Of a stretch of DNA of 41,176 bases, positions 1 through 9,800 are shown piece after piece; position 1 is the stretch's first letter; every line of letters begins with the position of its first letter. The translations under genes were made by a program, and so were the position numbers. Where the stretch lies: the IMG/VR virus record IMGVR_UViG_3300017707_001413, positions 1 to 41,176 of that record, one strand, 5' to 3'. A model generated the notes under the pieces. It was given only the letters and a program-made list of their open reading frames with translations, made no database searches and was not told the origin of the DNA. The DNA comes from a virus. Taxonomy: Duplodnaviria > Caudoviricetes.

Positions 1-25
1 AAAAAAGGAGGCCCGACATTCTCCC

Positions 26-481
26 ATGCGAACCAAAAAAACAAAGTCTCCGCCGCAGGGTTACAGCGTGAACGCGCTTTCGAAGCTAACCGGGCGAGAC
101 CGCAGGACGCTTGATAAAATTCTGGTCAACGTTCCGCCGTTGCGGGTGAAAGGGAAAACCAAGCGCTACGCGCTCGACGCGGTTCAGGCGGCGTTGGCGG
201 CGAAGCCTGACAAGTCGCTGCGAGACGAGAAGCTGACCGAGGAAGTTCGTAAACTCCGGATTCGAAATGATCGCGATGACGGAAGGCTGATCTCCGTGGA
301 CGACGTAAAGCGACGCGAGTCATCCATTCTGGCGAAGGTGGACGCCATCATTGAACAGAAGCTATCCAACGAATACCCGAGCGCCGTGGCGGGGCTCGAC
401 GTTCCGCAAGCCCGCGTCTATGGCAAACGATTGGGCGATCAGATTCGCGGCATGTTCCAAGACCTCGCAACCAACTGGTGA
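26..481 (+). CDS. Terminase small subunit (Nu1-like)
   Basis: N-terminal HTH-like segment (SVNALSKLTGRDRRTL), coiled coil, 'GRLISVDDV' motif; directly upstream of terL. Confidence 0.75.
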   Translation: MRTKKTKSPPQGYSVNALSKLTGRDRRTLDKILVNVPPLRVKGKTKRYALDAVQAALAAKPDKSLRDEKLTEEVRKLRIRNDRDDGRLISVDDVKRRESSILAKVDAIIEQKLSNEYPSAVAGLDVPQARVYGKRLGDQIRGMFQDLATNW

Positions 482-482
482 G

Positions 483-2303
483 ATGACCACCGCCCGCGAG
501 CGCATCGCGCAAAACTTCAGCGCCTCCATCAAGCCGCGAGATCGACGGTTCATTCGCGAATGGGCGCGCGACATGGTGACGCTCGTCGAGCCGCTCACCA
601 AGACCGGGCCGTTTGATTCCACCATCTCGCGACACCTGGAAGGACCGCTCGACGCACTCGACGACGACCACTGCCGCGAGGTGAACGTTCGCGCCCCGGT
701 GCGTTCCGGCAAGACGCTGATCGCCGACGTGTGGCTGTGCTCCATCATCGGGCGAACGCCGGGCGCGACACGCTGGGTATTTCAGGACGACACCGCCGCC
801 AAGGACCAAGCCGAGCTTCGCACCTGGAAAATCATCGAGGCCAACCCATGGCTCTCAGACATGCTGCCCGACGACCGGCACAAGGCGCGCGCGCAACAGA
901 TCATCTTTCCTGGAATGCCGCTGCACATCAGCGGGCCGTCCCTCGCCCAGCTTCAGAGCCGGGGCTATCAGAACATCATCGCCGACGAAGCGTGGCTCTA
1001 TAAGCCGGGCCGCATGGAAGAACTGCGCGGACGCCTCGGAGACTACGTGAAGATGGGCACCGACAAGCTGCTCGTGATGTCGCAGGGCGGAGAAGTCGGC
1101 GGCGATTGGGACGAACAATGTCAGCGCGGAATCCTGCATGAGTGGGAGATTCAATGTCTGAAATGCTCGCGCTACATGCTGCCGGATCGGTGGACGTTGA
1201 AACGCGACGACGGCACGCGCTGGGGAATGCTGTGGGACAAGCACAAGACCGACGGCGGCCTGTGGGACATTCCGAAAGTTTTGCCGAGCATCCGCTTTGA
1301 ATGCGCGCACTGCGGACACCCGCACATCGACGGCGTGCGCACCAAGAGCGAATGGAATCGCACCGGACGCTTCGCCGTGGAAGAGACCGACAAAAGCCGG
1401 AAGCGCCGCACCTACCATTGGACATCCGTGATCGACTACCCGTGGGATGCGCTGGTCGAACTTTACTTGCAGGCCGTGAACGCGTGGCGCATGGGCAACC
1501 CGCTGCCGCTGATCCAATTCTTCCAAAAGCGAACCGCCGAGATGAAGTCCGAGAACTCGCTGATCGAAGAGATGAGCTTCGGCATCCGCGCGACCTACGA
1601 AGTGAACAGCACCTGGCCGGATGAAGCCGTCCGCCTGATGACCATCGACCGGCAGGATGAGGACGTTTACTGGTGGTCGATCCGTGCATGGGCCTTGGAC
1701 GGGAGATCACGCCGCATCGGATTCGGGAAAGCCTACGGCGCGACGGAACTCGAACAGATTCGCGACACCAACAAGGTCCAGCCAAACCACACCTTGATCG
1801 ATTCCGGGTTCAAGCCCAAGGGCGATCACGGCGTGTATTCCATCTGCATCCGATACGGTTGGGTACCGCTCAAAGGCATGGCGCAGGAAAACGGGCTGGA
1901 AAAATTCTTCTGGCATAAGACCAAGAAAGGCCGCGTGCAACGCACCTACTCAGAGCCTGTGATGTGCGATCCGGAGATGGGCACCGGCGATCAAGGATCG
2001 CGCCAGGTGGAGCGCATCGATTTCAGCTCGCCGACCTACGCCGACCGCGTGCAGAACATGATCGATCTCGGGCTGTGGGAAGAGCCGAAGATCGAGAAGC
2101 CCGACGCACTCGAAGTGCAATATCGCAAACAGATGGCAGCGGAGTACAAGAAACGGATCGTGATCGGCAAGCTGGGCAAGGAACGCACCGTATGGGTCTG
2201 CCCAAGCGGAAACAACCACGCTTTTGACCTCGCAAAGATGCAGGCACTCGGCGCGACCATCCTTGAAATTTTACCCGACGAACTCACCAACGAAGCAGCA
2301 TGA
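483..2303 (+). CDS. Terminase large subunit, lambda GpA family
   Basis: Walker A-like APVRSGKT, Walker B IIADEAW, CxxC zinc motifs, C-terminal nuclease motifs (IDSG, NHAFD); ATG at 483 follows the terS stop. Confidence 0.9.
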   Translation: MTTARERIAQNFSASIKPRDRRFIREWARDMVTLVEPLTKTGPFDSTISRHLEGPLDALDDDHCREVNVRAPVRSGKTLIADVWLCSIIGRTPGATRWVFQDDTAAKDQAELRTWKIIEANPWLSDMLPDDRHKARAQQIIFPGMPLHISGPSLAQLQSRGYQNIIADEAWLYKPGRMEELRGRLGDYVKMGTDKLLVMSQGGEVGGDWDEQCQRGILHEWEIQCLKCSRYMLPDRWTLKRDDGTRWGMLWDKHKTDGGLWDIPKVLPSIRFECAHCGHPHIDGVRTKSEWNRTGRFAVEETDKSRKRRTYHWTSVIDYPWDALVELYLQAVNAWRMGNPLPLIQFFQKRTAEMKSENSLIEEMSFGIRATYEVNSTWPDEAVRLMTIDRQDEDVYWWSIRAWALDGRSRRIGFGKAYGATELEQIRDTNKVQPNHTLIDSGFKPKGDHGVYSICIRYGWVPLKGMAQENGLEKFFWHKTKKGRVQRTYSEPVMCDPEMGTGDQGSRQVERIDFSSPTYADRVQNMIDLGLWEEPKIEKPDALEVQYRKQMAAEYKKRIVIGKLGKERTVWVCPSGNNHAFDLAKMQALGATILEILPDELTNEAA

Positions 2304-2506
2304 CCACCACCACCAAACCACTCAGCCCGCGCCAGACCGAAGTGATGCGGGAAATCTGCCATGGCAAGATCGGCAAGGAGATCGCGAACGAAATGGGCGT
2401 GAGCTGCCGCACCGTCGAGACCCACATTCAACTGGCCAAGCGCGCCTTGGGAGCCCGCAACATTGTGCAGGCCGCAGTCATCTTCTCCGCTCTTCACCCC
2501 GCCTGA
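2300..2506 (+). CDS. LuxR/GerE-type HTH DNA-binding protein
   Basis: LSPRQTEVMREICHGKIGKEIANEMGVSCRTVETH matches the LuxR C-terminal HTH pattern. Confidence 0.85.
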   Translation: MTTTTKPLSPRQTEVMREICHGKIGKEIANEMGVSCRTVETHIQLAKRALGARNIVQAAVIFSALHPA

Positions 2507-2510
2507 TCCA

Positions 2511-2535
2511 TTGACTCCCCGCCCATTTGCGAATG
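2511..2535 (+). promoter_or_regulatory. Late-gene motif copy 1 (TTGACTC-N5-CCAT-N4-GAATG)
   Basis: TTGACTCCCCGCCCATTTGCGAATG; repeated before three other structural genes. Confidence 0.65.
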
Positions 2536-2802
2536 GGCATGACGGCGAACTACCTGGCGCGGCATCTCTCGGTTGAAGAACTTGAGAAGATGATGCTCGC
2601 CGTGTTGCGTGAGCACACGGGCGGAAAGAGCGTAGTCGAGTGGCAGATGGGCGACAGCGCCGCCAAGAAAGTCCAATGGATGCAGCTCCCGCCCAGCGTC
2701 CGAATGCAGGACATCGGGCAGGCGTTAAGCATCAAAGATCCGGACACCTACCCGCCGGACGAACACATCCCGATCACCCAGACCCGCGTGATCTTCACCT
2801 GA
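2533..2802 (+). CDS. Head-tail joining protein (gpW-like position)
   Basis: Small ORF between terL and portal, as for lambda W; positional call. Confidence 0.5.
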   Translation: MGMTANYLARHLSVEELEKMMLAVLREHTGGKSVVEWQMGDSAAKKVQWMQLPPSVRMQDIGQALSIKDPDTYPPDEHIPITQTRVIFT

Positions 2803-2806
2803 CGCC

Positions 2807-4414
2807 ATGGCCTCCGCACCACTCACCTTCCTCGAAAAGAAATGGGCCGCCGGCTACGGGAACAGCAACAGCCTCGTCACCGCCGCCACGCAGACCAGCG
2901 ACCGCAAACAGATTCCGATGCTGGACCGCGACACCCACCGCAGCATCACACCTTACGGCCGGCGCACCCTGATGACCCTTGGCCGCTGGCTCTATTGGAA
3001 CGTCTCCGCCGTGCGCGGAACCATCCGCGAGATGGTGAACCTCACCGCGCAAAAGTGGACGCCACAATTTGAGGGTGAAGATCAGGCCTGGGGCACGCAG
3101 ATCGAGAACTGGCTGTATGAGCACGACAAGATTTGCGACGTGCGCGGCTGGCCGTTCAATATGGCCGCGTATCGGCGGAACCTGCTGAAAGGCGTGCTGC
3201 TTGATGGAGATGTCGGAACCATCCTCGTCAAGACCGCTACCGGCTACCCGATGATCCAGGTGATTCCGGCGCACCGCATCGGCTCCGGCTTTGCTGATCA
3301 AGTGGTGAAAGGCGGGCCGTTCGACGGAGCGCGCATCATCGATGGCGTGATCCTAGACGACACCGGACGATCCGTAGCCTATCGCGTATGGGGCGAGAAC
3401 GGCGAGAACAGCAGCGGCACCTTCACCGACGTTCCCGCGCGCGACATGTTCCTGAGCTTCCACATCGAGACACCGGACCAGATCCGTGGCATCTCGAATC
3501 TCGGGGCGAGCTGCTTCGACTGGCAGGATGTCAGCGACGCGCGCCGGTTCGAACTCATCGCGCAAAAGCTGATCGCCTCCATCGGCATCATCGAGACCAA
3601 CGAAACCGGGGAAGCCGACAAGACCAAGAAACTGCTCTCGCGCACCTCCACGAATTTCGACGACACCAGCAACGCGACCAAGACGCACCTGTCCACCACC
3701 GCCACCGAGACCGTGGACGGCGTAAGCATCCGGTATCACCGGGCCAACAGCGGTTCGAAGATCGAAGCCTTCAGCGGAGATCGTCCCACCTCGAATCAAC
3801 AGGCGTTCCGGGATGACGTGATCCGCGAGGCGTTGCACGGCATGGGCTGGAGCTTTGATTTCAGTTACAACCCCACGAAGATCGGCGGCGCACCCATGCG
3901 CGTCGTCGTGGACCGCATCAACCGGCAGATCGAAACCATGCGCGAAGAAATCGTGGACCCGGCGCAGATGCGGATCAACGGCTACCGGATCGCCAGTGTC
4001 ATGGACAACCCGGAACGCACCGACAAGAAGGTCGTGCTATTTCCGTTCAATGCGGACTGGTGGAAGTGGAACAGCCAGGGCCAGGCGAAAGTCACGGCGG
4101 ACGCGAAATATCAAAGTGCGGTGGACATCGAAGAGCGCCGATCCGGATTGAAGACCCTCGCCAAGAGCGCGGCAGAGAGAGGCGAATACTGGAAAGACGT
4201 TCGCACGCAGAACCAGACCGAGGCCAACGACCTGTTAGAACGCGCCGGCCAGCTTGCCAAACAACACGGCATCGCCATCGAACTTGCGATCAGTCTGCTG
4301 GAAAAGATGGACGCCAACCCGATTCAAGCCGCGCAACCGCCGGAGCCGAACCGATCACCATTCCAGAACCCGGACGACGCAGAAGACCCAACCGATCCCG
4401 CTGAACAGCCATGA
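2807..4414 (+). CDS. Portal protein, lambda family
   Basis: 535 aa; motifs DGDVG, IIDGVILDDTGRSVAYRV, QIRGIS typical of lambda-like portals. Confidence 0.85.
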   Translation: MASAPLTFLEKKWAAGYGNSNSLVTAATQTSDRKQIPMLDRDTHRSITPYGRRTLMTLGRWLYWNVSAVRGTIREMVNLTAQKWTPQFEGEDQAWGTQIENWLYEHDKICDVRGWPFNMAAYRRNLLKGVLLDGDVGTILVKTATGYPMIQVIPAHRIGSGFADQVVKGGPFDGARIIDGVILDDTGRSVAYRVWGENGENSSGTFTDVPARDMFLSFHIETPDQIRGISNLGASCFDWQDVSDARRFELIAQKLIASIGIIETNETGEADKTKKLLSRTSTNFDDTSNATKTHLSTTATETVDGVSIRYHRANSGSKIEAFSGDRPTSNQQAFRDDVIREALHGMGWSFDFSYNPTKIGGAPMRVVVDRINRQIETMREEIVDPAQMRINGYRIASVMDNPERTDKKVVLFPFNADWWKWNSQGQAKVTADAKYQSAVDIEERRSGLKTLAKSAAERGEYWKDVRTQNQTEANDLLERAGQLAKQHGIAIELAISLLEKMDANPIQAAQPPEPNRSPFQNPDDAEDPTDPAEQP

Positions 4415-5247
4415 ACCTTCCCCACATCATCAGCAAGGTCACGCGGCAGCCGTGGGTCATCACCGCCGAGAAACACCGGGCGATCATGGACGTGCTCGAT
4501 GCGCGCATCGCCGGAGACTTCAAGGCCATGGGCTACGCGGACGACGACGGGCCGGAAGACGACGGTGACCGCGATCAATACCGTGAATTCCAAACCGCCA
4601 CCGGAACCATCGCCGTAATCCCGGTTCACGGAATTCTGGGAAAACACCTTTCCTCCATGGAAATGGCTTGCGGGGGTTGCAGCCTGGACACACTACAAAG
4701 CCAACTAAAGACAGCGCTGGCCAGCCCAAGAATTTCAAAAGTCCTGCTCGACGTGAACAGCCCCGGAGGCACCGTCACAGGAACACCCGAGACCGCGCGC
4801 TTGATCGCCGCCGTCAACGCCGTGAAACCCGTCTGGGCATTTACCGATGCGGACTGCTGCTCCGGCGCGATGTGGCTGGCCAGCCAGTGCGCGCGCGTTT
4901 ACAGCACGGAAAGCGCGGAGATGGGAAGCGTCGGTGTGAGGATGGTGTTGCTCGACTACACCCGGCAGCTTGAAGAGGAAGGCGTGAAAATAAACGCCAT
5001 CAGCTCCGGCAAATACAAGCTCATGGGCGCGAGCTTCAAGCCGCTGGCCGATGACGAGCGCGAGATGTTGCAGGCCGAGAGCGATCGCATCCACGCACAA
5101 TTTCAGGAAGCCGTGAACGCCGTGCGACCTGTGGGAAACCAACATCTTCAAGGCCAGATTTACCGGGGCGAAGAAGCCGCCGGAATCGGGCTCACCGATG
5201 GCGTGGCGGAAGACATTGACGAAGTCCTTTCGATGTTCACCCGTTGA
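4411..5247 (+). CDS. Capsid maturation protease, S49 (SppA/gpC) family
   Basis: LDVNSPGGTV, CSGAMWLASQC, GSVGV, SGKYK motifs. Confidence 0.9.
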   Translation: MNLPHIISKVTRQPWVITAEKHRAIMDVLDARIAGDFKAMGYADDDGPEDDGDRDQYREFQTATGTIAVIPVHGILGKHLSSMEMACGGCSLDTLQSQLKTALASPRISKVLLDVNSPGGTVTGTPETARLIAAVNAVKPVWAFTDADCCSGAMWLASQCARVYSTESAEMGSVGVRMVLLDYTRQLEEEGVKINAISSGKYKLMGASFKPLADDEREMLQAESDRIHAQFQEAVNAVRPVGNQHLQGQIYRGEEAAGIGLTDGVAEDIDEVLSMFTR

Positions 5248-5269
5248 CTCGCGGTCCATCAGTAGAATG
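5244..5269 (+). promoter_or_regulatory. Late-gene motif copy 2
   Basis: TTGACTCGCGGTCCATCAGTAGAATG, ending at the ATG of the next gene. Confidence 0.65.
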
Positions 5270-5737
5270 GCATTCAAATTTTTCAACATCGGAAAGGCGA
5301 ACGCGGAAATCGACCGGCTCGAAACGCAGGTTGCCGAACTCACCAGGGAGAACTCCACGCTCCGTGAAAACGCACCCGAGATTGAAGCCGCTGCTGAAAC
5401 GCTGCGCGGCGATCTGCAAAAAGCTGTCGCCCGCGCTGAAAAAGCCGAGGGCGAAGCTGCGGCAGCCGCAACCCGTCTTTCGGAAGTGACCGCCGCGAAG
5501 GACAAGGCGGAAGCAGAGGCGAAGACCTCCGCTGAAAAGCTGGCGAACCCCTCCGAGATCATCAAGACCACCGCCAGCGCGCAGGCCGCCGCGATTGTGG
5601 CCAGCGTCGGGCATTCCCCGCTCGCGCTCGCGCCGTCCACCATGGACCCGAAGAAAATGACGCGTTCCGAATTCGCAAAAATGTCACCCCGCGAGCAGTC
5701 AGCCTTCGCGCAGAACGGCGGACGCATCACCGATTAA
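5267..5737 (+). CDS. Scaffold-like coiled-coil protein
   Basis: Ala/Glu-rich coiled coil, C-terminal MTRSEFAKMSPREQSAF; between protease and capsid. Confidence 0.6.
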   Translation: MAFKFFNIGKANAEIDRLETQVAELTRENSTLRENAPEIEAAAETLRGDLQKAVARAEKAEGEAAAAATRLSEVTAAKDKAEAEAKTSAEKLANPSEIIKTTASAQAAAIVASVGHSPLALAPSTMDPKKMTRSEFAKMSPREQSAFAQNGGRITD

Positions 5738-5751
5738 AAAACTAAACCAAT

Positions 5752-6894
5752 ATGGCCAACACACTCACCAACCTCATTCCCGCAGCCTATCGCGCGCTCA
5801 ACGTTGTCAGCCGCGAGCTGGTCGGGTTCATTCCGTCCGTCCAGCTTGATCCGTCGGCGGACACCATCGCCCAAAACCAATCGATCTACATTCCTGCCGC
5901 ACCGGTTAACGCGGCCGGAAAAGACATCACGGCGGCGATGAGCATTCCGACCATCGCCAACCAGACGATCGCGACCACCAGCCACACGCTGACCAAGGCG
6001 CGGGCGTTCCCGTTCTCGTGGTCTGGCGAGGAAGTTCTCTCCGTCAACCAGGGACCGGGCTACCTGTCCATTCAGGAACAGCAGATCGCGCAGGCCATCC
6101 GCGCAGCCGTCAACGAAATCGAGGTGGACGTTGCCACGGCAGCCAAGAACGGCGCGAGCCGGGCCTTTGGTGCCACCGCCGGCACCGCTCCGATTCTCTC
6201 GGACTGGGCGCAGGCCAAGAAGATTCTCGACGACAACGGCGCTCCGATGTCGGATCGTTCGTCCGTCTTCAACACCACGGCGGGCGTGGCCCTTCGCAGC
6301 ACATCGAACCTCTACAAGGTCAACGAAGCGGGCGAGGCAGGGCTCTTGCGCCAGGGTTCGCTGGGCTACCTATACGGGTTCAACCTGCGCGAATCCGCGC
6401 AGGTGCAGACCACGACCGCCGGCGCGATGACCGGGCTGTTGGTGAACGGAGCGCTGGCCATTGGGGCGACCGCCATTGTGGCTGATACTGGCACGGTCAA
6501 CACCACGGGTATTGTTGCGGGCGACATCATCACGATCGCTGGCGACACGAACAAATACGTCGTTCAAACCGGACTTGTTGCAGCTTCAGGCACCGTCACC
6601 ATCGCGGCACCGGGTCTGCGTCAGGCTGCCGCAGACAACGCCGCGATCACCGTCTTTGCCACCTCCGCTCGGAACACGGCCTTCAGCCGTAACGCCATCA
6701 TGCTTTCCACGCGCCTCCCGGCATCCACGCCGGAAGACATGGCCACCGATCGCCAGGTCATCACCGACCCGAACAGCGGAATCAGTTTCGAGCTCGCCAT
6801 GTATCCCGGCTATCGCATGGTTCATTACGAAGTCGGCATCTGCTGGGGCGTCACCGTCATCAAGCCAGAGCACCTCGCGATCATCGTGGGTTAA
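5752..6894 (+). CDS. Major capsid protein (P22 coat-like, HK97 fold)
   Basis: MANTLTNLIP..ALNVVSRELVGFIP N-terminus, inserted beta domain, C-terminal WGVTVIKPE; 380 aa. Confidence 0.85.
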   Translation: MANTLTNLIPAAYRALNVVSRELVGFIPSVQLDPSADTIAQNQSIYIPAAPVNAAGKDITAAMSIPTIANQTIATTSHTLTKARAFPFSWSGEEVLSVNQGPGYLSIQEQQIAQAIRAAVNEIEVDVATAAKNGASRAFGATAGTAPILSDWAQAKKILDDNGAPMSDRSSVFNTTAGVALRSTSNLYKVNEAGEAGLLRQGSLGYLYGFNLRESAQVQTTTAGAMTGLLVNGALAIGATAIVADTGTVNTTGIVAGDIITIAGDTNKYVVQTGLVAASGTVTIAAPGLRQAAADNAAITVFATSARNTAFSRNAIMLSTRLPASTPEDMATDRQVITDPNSGISFELAMYPGYRMVHYEVGICWGVTVIKPEHLAIIVG

Positions 6895-6920
6895 TTTCTA
6901 AACGCACCTCCCACCTCGCC

Positions 6921-6959
6921 CCGCCGCTCTGGTTCACGCCGGGGCGGCGGTTTTATTTT
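6921..6959 (+). terminator. Rho-independent terminator after the capsid gene
   Basis: CCGCCGCTCTGG-TTCACG-CCGGGGCGGCGG followed by TTTTATTTT. Confidence 0.75.
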
Positions 6960-7316
6960 ATGACCGATTTTCTGAACGAAGTCGCCGCAGACTGCGCGGA
7001 AGCCGAGGCGGATCTCGGGTTGCCCGTCATGGTGTGGAACGATGGCACCCAAAACGTCAGCGCCACCGTCGCCGCCACCCTCACCAAGCGCGGCGCGGTG
7101 CTCGTCATTGGCGGGAAGGAGGTCGAGATCGCGCTCACCCTGCGCGCGCGCTGGACCGGGACCAACGCGGCCGGGGTGGAGTGGGAATTCACCGAGGCCG
7201 TGAAACCCAAGGCCGGAGAACGTGTGACCTACAAGGGCCGTCCGTATCGCATCGCGCAAGTGAGCGACGCCCACGGGGCATTCCTGGAAATCGACGTGAT
7301 CGACGTGAACAAATGA
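6960..7316 (+). CDS. Head-closure / head-tail joining protein
   Basis: Beta-rich 118 aa with 'PKAGERVTYKGRPYRI' motif typical of head-tail adaptors; position. Confidence 0.55.
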   Translation: MTDFLNEVAADCAEAEADLGLPVMVWNDGTQNVSATVAATLTKRGAVLVIGGKEVEIALTLRARWTGTNAAGVEWEFTEAVKPKAGERVTYKGRPYRIAQVSDAHGAFLEIDVIDVNK

Positions 7317-7318
7317 AG

Positions 7319-7834
7319 TCAATCCACGCCAGCCGGTTTAAGCTTCAGCAGTCGGGGAGAGCGGAAGCGGTCATAGCAGGAACCGGCCGCGCGCAACATC
7401 ACGCCCTCGCCGCCCTCCTTGGTGATGCTGGAGAAAAGTTCGAGCAAGTGTTCAAGACCACGGCAAACCGCCTGTGGCGCCACGGAAGCGAAAGCGGGCA
7501 AGGAAACCGAGCGAAGAAAAGCGGTGCGTTCCTCAAACCGACCGGGAGCCGAGGGGGCATCGAACACCATCAAGCGCAGTTCCGACCAGTCCGAGCACTT
7601 CACCGACCGTTGCATCTCGTTGAACCGCCCGCGCCCCAGCCAAAGTTCGCCGTCAAGCGCATGGGCGGGAAGCGCCGCGCGCCAGGCAGCCGGAGCAGGA
7701 AGGGTATTGCCGTCACGCGTCACCAGCTCGGAACCCGTCCACATCACGCGCCAGCCGTCATATTTCTCGGACAGCCACCAGCCCGCCGGGGAAACCACGG
7801 CGTTGTAACGTTTGGCCAGCATGAACATGGACAA
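7319..7834 (-). CDS. ATP-dependent DNA ligase, adenylation domain only
   Basis: Motif I SEKYDGWR, III LDGELW, IIIa VFDAP, IV EGVMLR, V LLKLK; stops a few residues after motif V with no OB domain. Confidence 0.85.
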   Translation of the reverse strand: MSMFMLAKRYNAVVSPAGWWLSEKYDGWRVMWTGSELVTRDGNTLPAPAAWRAALPAHALDGELWLGRGRFNEMQRSVKCSDWSELRLMVFDAPSAPGRFEERTAFLRSVSLPAFASVAPQAVCRGLEHLLELFSSITKEGGEGVMLRAAGSCYDRFRSPRLLKLKPAGVD

Positions 7835-7872
7835 ACCATCGTCCCAAACCGCGCCCGGAGCGATTACAAAAG

Positions 7873-8610
7873 ATGAGTGGAATCCAAATCGACACCCGCC
7901 AGTTCAAGGAAGCGATCCGGTTCGTTCACCAGAACACCAGGAAAGACCTGGCCGAGATCCTGAACCAACGCGCGTTCAACGTGGCGGCGCGCGCCATTGA
8001 CGACATGAAGCCGGCACCCGGATCCGAACAAGGCACGCGGGGAAGGATCAAAGCCTACATGGACACGCCGCTTGGCGCACCCAAGCTGCGGGTCATTCAG
8101 TCAGGAAAACGCCGGGGACAACTTACGCGGAAGGGCCGGAAGCAAGATCGGCTCACCCGCAAGAACCTGATAGTGCAGGCCCGCCGGGCCAAGGCCGGGC
8201 TGACCGGACTTTACGGCATGGCCATGCGGATGGAAGCCGGGGAACTCAGCCGTCGGGCGCAAGTCGGAGTTGGCTTCCTGAAATCCCCATTCCTGCCGAT
8301 CATCAAGGGGCTTCATGCGTTGGTGAAATACAAGCGCGTCAGAACCGCGTGGGGCCGGATCAGCGTGTGGCCGGGGTCCAAGGGATACGGAAAGATCACG
8401 CCAGCCAAAGCGGGGTTCAATGTCTTTGTCGAAATGCTGATGCGATGGCAGGTGCCCGGCGCACCGACCAAGGTACAGCGCATGGTGTTGCCACATCTTC
8501 AAGCGGCCTTTGACGCAGAGGCGCGCGAGATGGTCCGCCACACCACCGAGAAACTCCAACAGACCGCCAACAAAGTAAACGCCAAGTGGCGCCGCAGCAC
8601 ATTTCCATGA
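7873..8610 (+). CDS. Putative neck / tail-completion protein
   Basis: Basic 245 aa ORF in the head-tail region; positional call. Confidence 0.45.
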   Translation: MSGIQIDTRQFKEAIRFVHQNTRKDLAEILNQRAFNVAARAIDDMKPAPGSEQGTRGRIKAYMDTPLGAPKLRVIQSGKRRGQLTRKGRKQDRLTRKNLIVQARRAKAGLTGLYGMAMRMEAGELSRRAQVGVGFLKSPFLPIIKGLHALVKYKRVRTAWGRISVWPGSKGYGKITPAKAGFNVFVEMLMRWQVPGAPTKVQRMVLPHLQAAFDAEAREMVRHTTEKLQQTANKVNAKWRRSTFP

Positions 8611-8633
8611 TCCATGACTCCTGCCCCATGCCT

Positions 8634-8660
8634 CCTGACCCCTGACCCCTGACTCCTGAC
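8634..8660 (+). repeat. Heptamer tandem repeat (CCTGACY) x~4
   Basis: CCTGACC CCTGACC CCTGACT CCTGAC directly before ATG 8661. Confidence 0.85.
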
Positions 8661-9119
8661 ATGAGCGCCAACAACATCACCCAGAAAGTTCAGAAAGCGG
8701 CCAAGGCATACCTCGACAGCGAAGATCTCAGCTTCATCACCGATGAAGAGACGCAGATCGTCTGCGGCATCTCACGCGGGGAAATGAACCTGACGCAAGT
8801 GATCTGCCAGTGCAAAAGCGCCGAGGCGGAAGTGCCGTGGGAAGGCAACTGGTCGGCGAGCCTGCGCGTCGAGATCCGCAGCCAGGCCGATGACGACGAC
8901 CAGGAAGGCACCGCGCACTTTGCCAACGCCGGGGAAGTCTTCGAAAAGTTTATGGTCAGCATCACGGACGGCCGCGCGGCCTTGAGCAGCCAGGCCATCG
9001 GCTTCACCTGCCAGCAGCTTTTGCCCGTCAGCCAGGGATGGGAAATCGAAGGCGGCTCATGGGTCAGCTTCCTTGAGCTGCGCATGGAATGCGCCGGCAC
9101 ATACTTCGACGTGAGCTGA
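8661..9119 (+). CDS. Putative tail terminator protein
   Basis: Acidic 152 aa ORF just before the major tail gene; positional call. Confidence 0.45.
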   Translation: MSANNITQKVQKAAKAYLDSEDLSFITDEETQIVCGISRGEMNLTQVICQCKSAEAEVPWEGNWSASLRVEIRSQADDDDQEGTAHFANAGEVFEKFMVSITDGRAALSSQAIGFTCQQLLPVSQGWEIEGGSWVSFLELRMECAGTYFDVS

Positions 9120-9126
9120 CCACCCG

Positions 9127-9151
9127 TTGACTCCCGCGCCATCAGTGAACG
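9127..9151 (+). promoter_or_regulatory. Late-gene motif copy 3
   Basis: TTGACTCCCGCGCCATCAGTGAACG upstream of the major tail gene. Confidence 0.65.
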
Positions 9152-9187
9152 AACTCGACCACCATCGAAACAACGCACTGAACTTTT

Positions 9188-9643
9188 ATGGCCATAGAAA
9201 TCCAGCAGGGAAAAGCGAAAATATTCGGACTTGGCGCTGCTGACCTGGTATTGGGTGCCGCCAGCGTGGCGGTGGAACAGACCATCACCGGATCAGACCT
9301 GAACTTTGAATCCAAGATCATCGAAATCGAAAACCAATACGGGAACACCGAAACGCTGATCTCGTCCAACCCGACGTTGACCCTTTCGATCAACTTCATG
9401 CCGACGGCGGCAACCAGGACACTGGCCATCACGGAAGCGCAAAAGTTTACCGCGATGACGCATTTGGTAAAGGTGGTGACCAGCGCGTTTGACGTGGATC
9501 TGTTCAACGGAAAATGGAACCTGATGGGCCTGCAAATCAGGGGCGCTAACACCGAGGCGATGACGTTCGTGTTGAGCCTGAAGGCATGGGTTGATTCCAC
9601 GACCACGCGCGACGCGCTCACCGCCGGAGTCGTGGCGGGTTAA
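9188..9643 (+). CDS. Putative major tail (tube) protein
   Basis: 151 aa, beta-rich, Thr/Ala-rich, before chaperone and tape measure. Confidence 0.55.
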   Translation: MAIEIQQGKAKIFGLGAADLVLGAASVAVEQTITGSDLNFESKIIEIENQYGNTETLISSNPTLTLSINFMPTAATRTLAITEAQKFTAMTHLVKVVTSAFDVDLFNGKWNLMGLQIRGANTEAMTFVLSLKAWVDSTTTRDALTAGVVAG

Positions 9644-9667
9644 ACACTGTAAAAGAGCGCAGAAAAA

Positions 9668-9781
9668 ATGACCGTAGAACAAGCAGAGAGACTAATAAAA
9701 GTCGCTGAACAAAACCGGTTACTACTGCGATTCATACACTGGACGCTTTGTATCCTTATCGGGGTTTTGCTGGCGTCTTAA
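9668..9781 (+). CDS. Small membrane peptide (37 aa)
   Basis: MTVEQAERLIKVAEQNRLLLRFIHWTLCILIGVLLAS, translated by hand; AT-richer than its flanks. Confidence 0.45.
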   Translation: MTVEQAERLIKVAEQNRLLLRFIHWTLCILIGVLLAS

Positions 9782-9800
9782 CAGGTAGAAAAAAAACACT

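Noticed and set aside
351-482. Upstream extension of terL and similar long starts (5198, 18157, 25240, 38465, 39702)
   Set aside because: They overlap upstream genes extensively; downstream coupled starts are more plausible.
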